A stretch of 64,000 nucleotides of DNA from Alphaproteobacteria bacterium. Its GTDB lineage: Bacteria; Pseudomonadota; Alphaproteobacteria; UBA6615. Location: contig CBDHEC010000056.1 of NCBI GenBank assembly GCA_965261975.1, positions 1-64,000 of the forward strand, given 5' to 3'. The notes below the pieces were generated by a model that saw nothing but the letters and a program-made list of their open reading frames with translations, was not told where the DNA came from and searched no databases. Below are positions 19,410 through 28,959 of this stretch, one piece after another (position 1 is the first letter of the stretch; each line of letters starts with the position of its first letter). The position numbers and the translations under genes are program-made.

Positions 19410-19962
19410 CGTCGGGAGATCGGCCCATCGTTTCGGAAGAGACCTACCTGACCTTTAAGGGGCTCGGGCGCGATCTGGTGGTGCGGGTTAGCGCCGATTT
19501 GGATGCGGCCGAATTGCAGGATGAGCTGCTGATCTTTCTGCCGGGCTGGGCATTCTGGACGCGGATGGCCGCAGACGCGCCGAACAGCACCGACGTCGAT
19601 ATCGATGTGACGTTCGAGGGGCAGGCCTTCCGGATCGCGGCGGTCAGCTGGGCGGGTGGCTTCTCGATCGCGGATGATTTTCTCAACGCTGCGAACGCCC
19701 TGGCCGGAATGCTGATCGATGCGCTCCTTGCGCATGGCATGGCTTTCTGCAGCTTGCATGCCGCTGCCGTCGAACTCGACGGGTCCGCGATTGTCATTGC
19801 CGGGCCCTCGGAAGCCGGCAAATCAACCCTCGCGCTGCGCCTCGCCGCGCGCGGCTGTCGCCACCTGGCCGATGATCGCATTCTCCTGCTCGGTGACGGC
19901 GCGCCCTACCGGGTGTCCGGACTGGGCCTCGCCGCCAAGGCGCGTGTGCCGCTCCCGCCGGC
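19406..19962 (+). pseudogene. HprK-related P-loop kinase, apparently 3'-truncated
   Basis: LHAAAVE, GPSEAGKSTL Walker A, LADD; after ARVPLPP the frame reads as low-complexity Arg-rich sequence. Confidence 0.6.
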
Positions 19963-20097
19963 GCGATCATCGAAGCGCTGGCCGATGCTGACGGCGCGCG
20001 CGCGAAGGGCGCGCGGGGCCGGGCGCTGGTTGGCGAACGTTTTCAATGGCCGCAGATCGGCCGCGCCCTGGAGGAAGCCTATGCCTCCATCGTCTGA
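19963..20097 (+). pseudogene. orphan C-terminal tail of a GT4 glycosyltransferase
   Basis: Alternative frame AIIEALADADGARAKGARGRALVGERFQWPQIGRALEEAYASIV*, a typical GT4 C-terminal helix pattern; stop overlaps the GT2 start. Confidence 0.6.
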
Positions 20098-20965
20098 TTC
20101 CGCGAAGGTCCCGGTCTCGGTCATCGTCCCGACCAAGGACGAGGAACGGAACATCGCCATCTGCCTGGAGAGCCTCGCCTGGGCGGACCAGATCTTCGTC
20201 TTCGATTCCCACTCCACCGACCGCACGGTCGAGATCGCCAGTTCGATGGGCGCCACCGTGGTCGAGCGGGTGTTCGACAATTTCGCGACCCACAAGAACT
20301 GGGCGCTCGATAATCTCGACCTGCGCCATGACTGGGTGTTCTTCGTCGATGCCGACGAGCGCGGCACGCCGCTGCTGGCCGACGAGGTGCGCGCGACGAT
20401 CGCCGACCCGGACGCGCGCCACGGCTACTACGTGGCCGGTGAGAACTGGTTGTGGGGCAAGCCCATGCGGGCGATCTACCCCAACTATAATCTGCGGCTC
20501 ATTCGGCGCGGCAAGGGCCGCTACGAAGAACGCATCGTCCACGAGCATATGGTGATCGAGGGCCCGGCCGGCTATCTCAAGAATCATCTCGTGCATATGG
20601 ACGATAAGGGCATCGAACGCTGGTTCGACCGCCACAACAATTATTCGAGCATGGAGGCGGTCGAGGCGTGGCGGCTGCTGAACGCGAGCGAGAAGGAAAG
20701 CTCGATCACGGCGCGGTTGACCCGGCGCGGGCCGGAGCGGCGGCGCGCGCTCAAGCAGTTCGCCTATCGCTATCTGCCCGCCCGCCCGATCTGGCAGTTC
20801 CTGTATCTGTATATCGGCAAGCGCGGCATCCTCGACGGTCGGCGCGGCCTGCGCTATTGCCTGCTGAAGATGTTCTACGAGTATCAGGTCACCCTGAAGC
20901 TCAAGGAGCTGAACGATCCGGACTCGCCCATGTCCAAGAAATACAAAGACCTGCTGAACCGATGA
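20081..20965 (+). CDS. family 2 glycosyltransferase
   Basis: VSVIVPTKDEERNI, DSHSTDRT, WVFFVDADE, RIVHEH, HNNYSSMEA; GGAGG RBS before ATG 20081. Confidence 0.88.
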   Translation: MPPSSDSAKVPVSVIVPTKDEERNIAICLESLAWADQIFVFDSHSTDRTVEIASSMGATVVERVFDNFATHKNWALDNLDLRHDWVFFVDADERGTPLLADEVRATIADPDARHGYYVAGENWLWGKPMRAIYPNYNLRLIRRGKGRYEERIVHEHMVIEGPAGYLKNHLVHMDDKGIERWFDRHNNYSSMEAVEAWRLLNASEKESSITARLTRRGPERRRALKQFAYRYLPARPIWQFLYLYIGKRGILDGRRGLRYCLLKMFYEYQVTLKLKELNDPDSPMSKKYKDLLNR

Positions 20966-20987
20966 TGGCACCGAAAAAGGCAGCGTC

Positions 20988-22259
20988 GTGAAAATCCTGA
21001 TCTACGGCCTGAATTTCGCCCCCGAGCTAACCGGCATCGGCCGGTTTACCGGCGATATGGCGGGCTGGCTCGCGGACCGCGGCCATTCCGTGCGCGCGGT
21101 CTCGGCACCGCCTTACTATCCGGCCTGGAAGGTCTCTGAGGGCTACTCGAAATGGTGGTGGCGGGGCGAGAATGTGGGCGGCGTGCGGGTCACGCGATGT
21201 CCGCTCTACGTCCCCTCGAGGGCGACGGGCCTGCGCCGTGTTTTGCACCTGATGAGTTTTGCCCTGACCAGTGCGGCCCCGGCGAAACTGTTCGGCCTGT
21301 TCTGGCGCCCGGACGTGGTTTTCGTGGTCGAACCGACGGCGTTCGTCGCGCCGGCCGGACTGGCCGCGGCGTTGTTTGGGCGGGCGGTCTCCTGGCTGCA
21401 CATCCAGGATTTCGAGTTCGATGCCGCCTTCGACATGCACTTCCTGCCAAAGGCCTTCGCTTCGCCCGCCCAGGTGAGCGAGCGCTGGCTGCTGCGTCGG
21501 TTCAACACGGTCTCGACGATCTCCCCGCGCATGGCAGATCGACTGTCGGCCAAGGGCATCCCGGCCGACCGGGTCGTGGAGTTCCCCAACTGGGTCAATA
21601 CGAAACGCATCAACCCGGATGCAGACGGCGCGTCGTTCCGGGCCGAGATCGGGATCGAGCCCGATGCGATTGTCGCGCTGTACAGCGGGAACATCGGCGA
21701 GAAGCAGGGCATCGACCAAATCGCCAGCGCGGTACAGGCGGTCGCGGCGGCGCGGCAGGATGGTGACCCGGCGGTGCGCTTCGTCATCGCGGGTGCGGGC
21801 GCGGGGCGCGACGTGATCGAGAATGCGATGCGCACTCACGGGCTCACCGATCAGCATCTCAAGCTTATGCCCCTGCAGCCGGAAGAGAAGCTGCCGGCCC
21901 TGCTGGCAATGGCCGATATTCATCTGTTGCCCCAGAAGGCCGAGGCGGCGGACCTGGTGATGCCGTCGAAGCTCGGTGGCATGCTGTCCAGTGGCCGCCC
22001 TGTCGTGGCATCGGCCGACCCGGGCACCCAGATCGCGCGCATGGTCGCAGGTTGCGGCACCGTCGTCGCCCCGGCCGATGGCCCAGCAATGGGGGCTGCG
22101 GTGCTGGCCTTGGCACGCGATCGAGAGCAACGCCTTCGGCTGGGGGCCGCAGCCCGGGCGGCGGCCGAGACCGAATGGGAGCGTGATGCCGTCCTGGAGC
22201 GTTTCGAGAAGGCGCTGATGCAACGCCTGGCGGCCTACAAACGCGGCGGGTCATCATGA
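20988..22259 (+). CDS. wcaI: WcaI-like family 4 glycosyltransferase
   Basis: KILIYGLNFAPELTGIG, APPYYPAWK, WLHIQDFEFDA, YSGNIGEKQG, ADLVMPSKL. Confidence 0.88.
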   Translation: MKILIYGLNFAPELTGIGRFTGDMAGWLADRGHSVRAVSAPPYYPAWKVSEGYSKWWWRGENVGGVRVTRCPLYVPSRATGLRRVLHLMSFALTSAAPAKLFGLFWRPDVVFVVEPTAFVAPAGLAAALFGRAVSWLHIQDFEFDAAFDMHFLPKAFASPAQVSERWLLRRFNTVSTISPRMADRLSAKGIPADRVVEFPNWVNTKRINPDADGASFRAEIGIEPDAIVALYSGNIGEKQGIDQIASAVQAVAAARQDGDPAVRFVIAGAGAGRDVIENAMRTHGLTDQHLKLMPLQPEEKLPALLAMADIHLLPQKAEAADLVMPSKLGGMLSSGRPVVASADPGTQIARMVAGCGTVVAPADGPAMGAAVLALARDREQRLRLGAAARAAAETEWERDAVLERFEKALMQRLAAYKRGGSS

Positions 22260-22990
22260 ACATGCTCTCGCGCCGCGCGCGCCAGTTCGTGAAACTGCTG
22301 CGGCTTTTGCCCAATCCTGTTTTCCGTCACGGGTTGCGTTTCGGGGTAGGGGCGGCGATCGAGCATCGCGACGTGATCGGGCCCTTGCAGCTGGGGACGG
22401 TTGTCGATGTAGGCGGGAATGTCGGCCAGTTCTCCCTGCTTGCCCGCGCGCTGCACCCGGCGGCGCGCATCTATGCGTTCGAACCGTTGCCCGATGCGGC
22501 GGCGCGCTACCGGCAGGTCTTTGCGGCAGATGAGAAAGTGACCCTGTTCCAGGCCGCGATCTCGCCCGAGGCGGGGACGGCAACAATGCATGTCAGCGCG
22601 TCTGCCGATAGTTCCTCCCTGTTGCCGATTTCCGACAGACAGTCGGAGCTGTTTCCGGGCACCCAGGAAATCGGCGTGACCGATGTCGAGGTGGGCCCGC
22701 TGTCCGACTTTGTTTCGGCGAATGATTTAACGGCGCCCGCGCTCCTGAAAATCGACGTCCAGGGCTTCGAACTCGAGGTTCTGCGTGGCGCTGGCGACCT
22801 GCTGGCAGCCTTCGAACATGTCTATGTGGAGGCGTCTTTCGAGGCCCTGTATGAAGGCCAGGCGCTTGCCGATGATGTAATCGCATATTTGGTTGCGGCC
22901 GGGTTTGCCGAGGTCGGCCGCCACAATGTCAGCATCGGGCCGGAAGGTGCGCCCATCCAGGCCGACTTCCTGTTTCGCCGTGAGTCCTGA
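22256..22990 (+). CDS. FkbM family methyltransferase
   Basis: VDVGGNVGQFS, YAFEP, LLKIDVQGFELEVLRG, LYEGQ. Confidence 0.9.
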   Translation: MNMLSRRARQFVKLLRLLPNPVFRHGLRFGVGAAIEHRDVIGPLQLGTVVDVGGNVGQFSLLARALHPAARIYAFEPLPDAAARYRQVFAADEKVTLFQAAISPEAGTATMHVSASADSSSLLPISDRQSELFPGTQEIGVTDVEVGPLSDFVSANDLTAPALLKIDVQGFELEVLRGAGDLLAAFEHVYVEASFEALYEGQALADDVIAYLVAAGFAEVGRHNVSIGPEGAPIQADFLFRRES

Positions 22991-23037
22991 CCACCGCCGG
23001 ATGACGGCATGGGCCCGCACCTGCTAAGAGGGATGGG

Positions 23038-24498
23038 ATGAACAACACGCCACGCTTGATTGACTGGTTGGACCGGCTCGCCGCCGCACATGTCGTGTGC
23101 GTCGGCGACGTGATGCTCGATCGCTTCGTCTATGGCGAGGTTGAACGAATTTCACCCGAGGCGCCGATCCCGGTGCTGCGGATCGCCCGCGAGGCCGTCA
23201 CCGTCGGCGGTGCGGGGAACGTGGCACGGAACCTTTCTGCGATCGGCACCGAAACCCGGTTGTTTGGTGTCGTCGGGGATGACCCGGCGGGCCGGGAGGC
23301 AGCCGAGGTCCTGTCCTTCGAGAATGCGGTGACATTGTCGCTCAGCGTGGACGGCGCGCGTCCGACGACCGTGAAGACGCGCTTCATCGCCGGCGGTCAG
23401 CAGTTGCTGCGCACCGATGAGGAAGAACTGACCGCGCTGTCGGACGCATTGCTGGGACAACTCTCCACGGATGTGGGCGCGTCTGTCGCGGATGGGAATT
23501 GCGGCGCGCTGATCCTGTCGGACTACGGCAAGGGCGTCTTGACCGATACGATGATCAAGGCGGCGATGGAGACCGCGCGCGCGGCCGGCGTGCCGGTGGT
23601 GGTCGATCCCAAGGGAGTTGATTTTGCCCGCTACCGGGGTGCCGGTGTCATCACGCCGAACCGGCGTGAACTGGCGGCGGCGTCTCGTATGCCGGTCGAT
23701 AGCGATGTCGAGGTCGCGGCGGCAGCGCGGCACCTGATCGAGACGTGCGGGCTGGAGGCGGTGATCGCGACGCGTGGCGCGGATGGCATGACCGTGGTGA
23801 CCGGGGCCGACGAGGTGCATCTGCCCGCATTGGCCCGTGAGGTCTTCGACGTCTCGGGCGCGGGTGACACCGTGGTGGCGACCGTGGCGGCCGGGCTGGC
23901 CGCGGGTATGAGTGTCGTGGATGCCGCGCAACTCGCCAACGTGGCGGCGGGCCTCGTGGTGGCGAAAGTCGGAACTGCCGTCGTCCGGCTCGATGAGCTC
24001 GCCGATGAACTGGGGGGTGCGCCGGGCCTTGCGGCCAAGATCATGGACAATGCGGCGCTCCAGGAACGCGTCGCCCAGTGGCGCGCGCGGGGCCTTTCGG
24101 TGGGATTCACCAATGGCTGCTTCGACATTGTCCATCCGGGCCACATTTCCCTGATCGAACAGGCGAGTGCGGCCTGCGACCGGCTCATTGTCGCGCTCAA
24201 CGATGACGCCTCGGTGGGGCGACTCAAGGGCGAGGGTCGTCCGGTCCAGCCGGAGGGTGCGCGGGCCCGTGTCATCGCGTCGCTGGCGGGCGTGGACGGG
24301 GTCGTCCTGTTCGCGGAAGACACGCCCATGGAATTGATCGAAGCTGTGCGCCCCGACGTGCTCGTCAAGGGCGCCGATTATGCCGTGAACGAAGTCGTCG
24401 GCGGCGACCTGGTGGCGTCATATGGGGGCCGGGTTGTGCTGGCCGATCTGATTGACGGCTTTTCCACGACCGACACGATCTCCCGTATTGCCGGCTGA
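23038..24498 (+). CDS. hldE: bifunctional heptose-7-phosphate kinase / heptose-1-phosphate adenylyltransferase
   Basis: GDVMLDRF, RISPEAPIPV, SDYGKG, DVSGAGDT, FTNGCFDIVHPGH, LVKGADY. Confidence 0.94.
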   Translation: MNNTPRLIDWLDRLAAAHVVCVGDVMLDRFVYGEVERISPEAPIPVLRIAREAVTVGGAGNVARNLSAIGTETRLFGVVGDDPAGREAAEVLSFENAVTLSLSVDGARPTTVKTRFIAGGQQLLRTDEEELTALSDALLGQLSTDVGASVADGNCGALILSDYGKGVLTDTMIKAAMETARAAGVPVVVDPKGVDFARYRGAGVITPNRRELAAASRMPVDSDVEVAAAARHLIETCGLEAVIATRGADGMTVVTGADEVHLPALAREVFDVSGAGDTVVATVAAGLAAGMSVVDAAQLANVAAGLVVAKVGTAVVRLDELADELGGAPGLAAKIMDNAALQERVAQWRARGLSVGFTNGCFDIVHPGHISLIEQASAACDRLIVALNDDASVGRLKGEGRPVQPEGARARVIASLAGVDGVVLFAEDTPMELIEAVRPDVLVKGADYAVNEVVGGDLVASYGGRVVLADLIDGFSTTDTISRIAG

Positions 24499-24506
24499 GG
24501 GCTGGT

Positions 24507-24968
24507 TTATATCCGCGGGTCGACCAGGCGCTGATGGCGTTGTGCGGCCGCGCGGGCGAAACGCAATGTCAGCGCCTTGCGCCGGCTCGCATGCAAGCCG
24601 GTGTCGGGTGCCTCGCGAATGGCCTCCGCACCCCATGAATCGGCGATGATGAGGCCGGTGCTCTCGGGCACGAGTTCGTGCGGAAACCCCCGCGGCACCG
24701 TGAAATAGAGCTGGTCGCAGAAGTCTTCATACTCGGGCCATTTGGTGTCGCCGCGCAGGTCGGCCACGCTCACCTTCACCTCGACGATAATGAAATGCCC
24801 GTTATCCGCGAGCCCGATCACGTCTGCACGACGATTGTTCGCCAGGGTGAACTCGGTCAGGACCGCATAGCCGAGATTGACCAGATGGCGCCCCACGCCG
24901 CGGGTCGTTTCAACCGTGAGTTCTGCGGCGGCGATATCGTCTTTGGTCGGGTCGGATGGTTCGGTCAT
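24507..24968 (-). CDS. mmcB: MmcB family DNA repair nuclease (DUF1052)
   Basis: EFTLANNRRADV, IVEVKVSVADLRGDTKWPEY, CDQLYF, GLIIAD. Confidence 0.85.
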   Translation of the reverse strand: MTEPSDPTKDDIAAAELTVETTRGVGRHLVNLGYAVLTEFTLANNRRADVIGLADNGHFIIVEVKVSVADLRGDTKWPEYEDFCDQLYFTVPRGFPHELVPESTGLIIADSWGAEAIREAPDTGLHASRRKALTLRFARAAAQRHQRLVDPRI

Positions 24969-25111
24969 GGTGATAAGGCCTTGTTAACACTGTAAATCCG
25001 GTTTCGCATCTTGTTGCGCAGGCTGTTCGACACGATATAAGATGGGAAATCGGTCGGGGGTGGACCGGGTCAATATGTATCGTCAGTCCGAGGCGGTACC
25101 GGAGTATGAAT

Positions 25112-25321
25112 ATGGTAGACCATTCGAATATCGAAGACCGCACTTCCGACGCGATGAGCCGTCGTAAGGCCGTGGCACGATTGGGCCTCGCCGCCGGTGT
25201 CGCCTATGCCGCCCCGACAATCGTTCATCTCGACCGCAGCGCGAACGCCAAGACATTGCCGTTGCCATGTCCGCCACCGGGCAAGGGCAAGAAAGGCAAG
25301 AAGGGAAAGAAGGGCTGCTAA
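25112..25321 (+). CDS. small twin-arginine peptide with Pro/Lys-rich C-terminus (putative exported or RiPP-like precursor)
   Basis: GGAG RBS 7 nt upstream; SRRKAVARLGLAAGVAYAAPTIVHLDRSANA-KTLPLPCPPPGKGKKGKKGKKGC. Confidence 0.7.
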   Translation: MVDHSNIEDRTSDAMSRRKAVARLGLAAGVAYAAPTIVHLDRSANAKTLPLPCPPPGKGKKGKKGKKGC

Positions 25322-25346
25322 CGCGCCGTCTCCCGAACGGCCGCTG

Positions 25347-26435
25347 ATGTCGTCCGACGAATTTTTCAAAGCCCAGAGCCTGCACCGCGACGGTGATTTC
25401 GTTGCGGCCTCTTCACTTCTTCATGACGTTCTTGAACAAACGCCCAACCATGTTGCGGCGTGGCGCCTTCATGCCGACGTCCTGCGGAAGCTGGGGCAGC
25501 TCGACGAGGCGGCTGGCGCGGACAAAAAGGCGAATGTCATCGAAGCCGATCACACGGCCGATGTCGGTGCCTCACTTCTGTTTCATGGCGACCTGAAGCG
25601 GGGCCGCGCTTTCTTCGAGCGTGCGCTTGCGCTCGATCCGGATTGTGTGTCCGCGCATTGGCTCCTGGGCGATATAGAGGGTCGCGAAGGCTCGGACGAA
25701 CGCGCCCTCGGCTACTACCGGCGCTGCCTGGAGATCGATCCGACGCGTACCGGCCCCGCCTTCATGATCGCGGCGATGGGCGAGGGTGAAGTGCCCGCAT
25801 ATGCGCCAAACGCCTACGTGATCGATTTCTTCGACTGGTATGCCGAAGATTTCGACGAGCACCTGACCCAGAGCCTGCTTTATACCGGTCCGCAACAGGT
25901 GGCGGGAACCTTGCGCGTGATGCGCCCTGACGGGGTTGGTCCGATTGTCGATATGGGTTGCGGAACGGGCCTCGCCGGCCTGGCCGTGCAAGGCCTCGTC
26001 GGCCCCATGATCGGGATAGATCTTTCACCGGAGATGCTGGCCAAGGCAAAAGAGCGCGCCATATACGAGCGCCTGATCGAGGAGGATTTGCACACCGCGA
26101 TGCAGGCGCAACCCGCGGCCAGCGCGGAGGCGATTCTCGCCGCCGATGTGTTTGTCTGCATGGGTGACCTGGCGCCACTGTTTCGCGAATGCTGGCGGGT
26201 CCTCAAGCCCGGCGGTGTCTTCATCGCGACATTCGAGGACGCGCTCGCGACAAGCGACACCTGGAAACTTGAACATTCCGGAAGTTACACCCACGCGCTG
26301 CCTTACCTGCAGGGGATCGCGACCGAGGCGGGCTTCGCGGAAACCATCTCGAGCCCTATCGTCTTGCGCCAGGAATATGGCGAACCGGTCCAGAGTTTGC
26401 TGGTCAGTTTCGAGCGCGCACCAGACGCCGGATAG
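25347..26435 (+). CDS. TPR-repeat class I SAM-dependent methyltransferase
   Basis: TPR-like helices (FFERALALDPD, YYRRCLEIDP); FDWYAEDFDEHL, DMGCGTGLAG, GIDLSPEML, AADVF, VLKPGG. Confidence 0.88.
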   Translation: MSSDEFFKAQSLHRDGDFVAASSLLHDVLEQTPNHVAAWRLHADVLRKLGQLDEAAGADKKANVIEADHTADVGASLLFHGDLKRGRAFFERALALDPDCVSAHWLLGDIEGREGSDERALGYYRRCLEIDPTRTGPAFMIAAMGEGEVPAYAPNAYVIDFFDWYAEDFDEHLTQSLLYTGPQQVAGTLRVMRPDGVGPIVDMGCGTGLAGLAVQGLVGPMIGIDLSPEMLAKAKERAIYERLIEEDLHTAMQAQPAASAEAILAADVFVCMGDLAPLFRECWRVLKPGGVFIATFEDALATSDTWKLEHSGSYTHALPYLQGIATEAGFAETISSPIVLRQEYGEPVQSLLVSFERAPDAG

Positions 26436-26436
26436 C

Positions 26437-26462
26437 AAAACGCCCGGCCGGGGCCGGGCGTC
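26437..26462 (-). terminator. intrinsic terminator between convergent genes
   Basis: aaaa-cgcccggc-cggg-gccgggcg hairpin; U-tract on the minus strand. Confidence 0.6.
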
Positions 26463-26494
26463 TGCGGTAATCGGTTCGTCGTGCCGGGCGTAGG

Positions 26495-27052
26495 CTAGGC
26501 AGCCTTGGGTACCGAGTTTTCAGCAACCAACGCGAGGAAGGTTTCGGTCAGGGCCGCGCCCGCGGCCGCAGACGTCGCGGTGATCAGGTTGCCTTCCGTG
26601 ACGACATCCTCGTCGGGCACCCAGTCCGCACCGGCGCGGCTCAGCTCTTCACCCAGCTCGGCGTCGCCCGCAAGGCGGCGGCCCGCCGCGACATCGGCGG
26701 CGACCAGCAGGCTGACGGCCTCGCCGATAACGAGGACCGGCTGCTCCGCATCGAGGAAGGCGGAGATCAGGCGCTTGGTGTGGGGATTCTCCGACAGGGT
26801 ATGCGCGCTGTTGCGGCCGTCGGGCAAAATCAGACCGCAATAGTCGGCGGCGAGCGAATCACCGATGGCCTCGTCGGCCATGAAGTGATGGCCCCAGGCT
26901 TCGCCATGCCAGCCCTGGACCAGCCCGCCGTCAGGGGAGATCACTTTCATCGGACGCCCCTTGGCGATCAGCATCTTCTGCGTGTCGGTAAAGGTGAGCT
27001 CGGCGAAGCCGGCGGCGGCGAGAATTGCAATCGGTAGTTTTTCGTCTGCCAT
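26495..27052 (-). CDS. DJ-1/PfpI family protein lacking the catalytic Cys
   Basis: IAILAAAGFAE, VQGWHG, ADYCGLILPDG, AGADWV-DEDVVTEGNLIT; nucleophile elbow reads LVIGEA. Confidence 0.75.
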   Translation of the reverse strand: MADEKLPIAILAAAGFAELTFTDTQKMLIAKGRPMKVISPDGGLVQGWHGEAWGHHFMADEAIGDSLAADYCGLILPDGRNSAHTLSENPHTKRLISAFLDAEQPVLVIGEAVSLLVAADVAAGRRLAGDAELGEELSRAGADWVPDEDVVTEGNLITATSAAAGAALTETFLALVAENSVPKAA

Positions 27053-27327
27053 TTACACACTCCATATATGTGTGGCGTGCGCTGGGTCGGGAGGACGGCC
27101 AGCGCCGCGGTGTAAGAATGACCATCAGTTTGCGGCGAGGAAGGGCGCGCGCAATCCTGTGGGATATGCTCGTTCCGGAACGGTCTGGCGTTTTTCACGC
27201 AGGCCGGGGCGGTTTTTCGAAGATGGCGGGAATGTAGGAATCGGACCCGCGAGAGTCAATCGGTCGGGGGTCGATTGCGCGTTTTCGCCGCACAATTTTA
27301 TCCCCTGGACGCCGAATTCGACGCCGT

Positions 27328-27897
27328 CTAGCCCGATGCGGGCTGGCTATCGCGTCGTGGTGCGGAAATTGTCGAGGTGCCGGTGCGTGGGTTGTTGTCT
27401 TCGCGTGTGACCGAGCCCGATATTTCACCGCCGGATTCAACCTCGATCCGGCCATACTTGATGGTGCCGGTGACATGGCCGCCGCTGCGTATCTGCAGGA
27501 CACCCGTGACCGTGAGTTCTCCCTCGAACCGGCCATTGATTTCCGCTTCTGCGACGGTTGCCGTGCCGGTGAAAGTTCCGCCCTCGGAAACCTCGAGGAT
27601 CTCGCCTTCCAGGGTCGCATCTATGCTCCCCTCGACGACCAGCGTGTCGCAATCGGAGATCTCGCCCTTCAGGTTGATTCCCGGGCCGACCGTCATACGC
27701 GCGCCGACACTGCGCGGTGCAGGTCGTGGTTCGGTGGTGCGCGCCGGAGCGCTCCCGGGGGTCGGGACGGGTGGAATCTCGTCCAGGCTTCGGGCGGGCT
27801 TCTCGCTGGTGTTGACGGCGTCGTTCATTATCGGGTTCTCGGGCGGCGCGGGCCGCTGGGTCGAGGGGGTATCGTCGGTTTGTGATTTCTTGAACAC
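27328..27897 (-). CDS. bactofilin (polymer-forming cytoskeletal protein)
   Basis: MTVGPGINLKGEISDCDTLVVEG...AEINGRFEGELTV...VTGTIKYGRIEVESGGEISG beta-helix repeats; Pro-rich N-terminus. Confidence 0.88.
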   Translation of the reverse strand: MFKKSQTDDTPSTQRPAPPENPIMNDAVNTSEKPARSLDEIPPVPTPGSAPARTTEPRPAPRSVGARMTVGPGINLKGEISDCDTLVVEGSIDATLEGEILEVSEGGTFTGTATVAEAEINGRFEGELTVTGVLQIRSGGHVTGTIKYGRIEVESGGEISGSVTREDNNPRTGTSTISAPRRDSQPASG

Positions 27898-28153
27898 TTT
27901 AACTCATCTTGTGCGGGTGGCGGCAGGACAATTTTCCAATTGGGAGGATTGACAGCCGATCGACGAGGTTTATGAGCCGCGATATCCACAATCCTATGGT
28001 CGCGATGGGGCAATATCATGACAACGCGAAACGAGCCGCTCGGGGAGCGGCTCGCGCGCATCATTTCTTTTCAGCTGGACATGCCTGGTGGCGTCAGTCT
28101 CTTGCCACCGCCGCTTGTGGCGACGTCCCGACGAAGCCGTGTCGAACGCGACC

Positions 28154-28546
28154 TTATTGCGGAGCGTTAAACTCGACCACACGGATGTGCCAGGGGCCGG
28201 AGGCCTCGACCTGGAACTTCATCTTGCCCGGGCGGGAAAATGGCAGCTTGCCGACCATCGGCGGCGAATCATCGCCGTCACGCGATTGCGGGGCGCTGGC
28301 GATTAGACGCGTGTCATCCTTCGGATCCAGAACGGTCAGCTGGAACTGACCACCTGTGGCGCGCCAGGAGATTTCAATCCGGCCTTTGGTCTCGAATTCT
28401 TGTGCGACCTTGCTGTCGGCTGCTCGCTCTTCGAAGATGAGCTTCGTGCCCTGTGCCATGGCGCCGGATACTGAGAACCCTACAATCGCAACCGCGAATG
28501 CGAGGGTGAGTACGATGGCGTGGATGTTTTTAGAGAGACTGTGCAT
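28154..28546 (-). CDS. hypothetical secreted protein
   Basis: Sec-type signal MHSLSKNIHAIVLTLAFAVAIVGFSVSGAMA; beta-rich mature part ending FQVEASGPWHIRV. Confidence 0.65.
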   Translation of the reverse strand: MHSLSKNIHAIVLTLAFAVAIVGFSVSGAMAQGTKLIFEERAADSKVAQEFETKGRIEISWRATGGQFQLTVLDPKDDTRLIASAPQSRDGDDSPPMVGKLPFSRPGKMKFQVEASGPWHIRVVEFNAPQ

Positions 28547-28741
28547 TGGCTTCGCTCTCAGGTTGTTTTCATTCCCTAGTGACCCGGAATAACGCGGTCG
28601 ACGCTGCTCAGAAGAGCTTTTAACCGGCGCATATGATAATACCGGAATGGTTGTGCGCCAAATGGTTAACGTGCGTTCGCGTTTTTTCCGAGGCAATAAT
28701 TAAAGTTCTGTAAAAGGGAGAAGCAATCATCGTGCCAAATA

Positions 28742-28818
28742 TGGCGCGCCCGGCAGGATTCGAACCTGCGACCCTCGGCTTCGGAAGCCGATACTCTATC
28801 CAGCTGAGCTACGGGCGC
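28742..28818 (-). tRNA. tRNA-Arg (anticodon CCG)
   Basis: GCGCCCGTAGCTCAGCTGGATAGAGTA-TCGGC-TTCCGAA-GCCGA-GGGTCGCAGGTTCGAATCCTGCCGGGCGCGCCA, 77 nt with encoded CCA. Confidence 0.97.
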
Positions 28819-28959
28819 GTCACGGGCGGGACAATTGCGCTAAAGGGCGCGAAGGTCAAGCAAAGCTGCATTGTTACAACACATTGCCGGGGGCCGTTCT
28901 GCACCCCATATTGTCGCAAATAGTCAAAATTGGTGCCCTGAAGGGCGGGAGAATCGACA

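Noticed and set aside
19406-20965. Novel kinase-glycosyltransferase fusion protein (519 aa)
   Set aside because: The linker is an out-of-frame GT4 tail and the GT2 has its own RBS/ATG; better explained as a junction.
24995-25030. Alphaproteobacterial LexA box (GTTC-N7-GTTC) upstream of mmcB
   Set aside because: Best matches (TTTC-N7-GTTG, GTTG-N8-GTTC) have too many deviations.
28700-28714. CtrA-like TTAA-N7-TAAA near the tRNA 3' end
   Set aside because: Single imperfect site in AT-rich DNA, far from a start codon.
28742-28818. tRNA-Arg as an integration site for an island
   Set aside because: No integrase and no duplicated tRNA 3' end noticed in the window.
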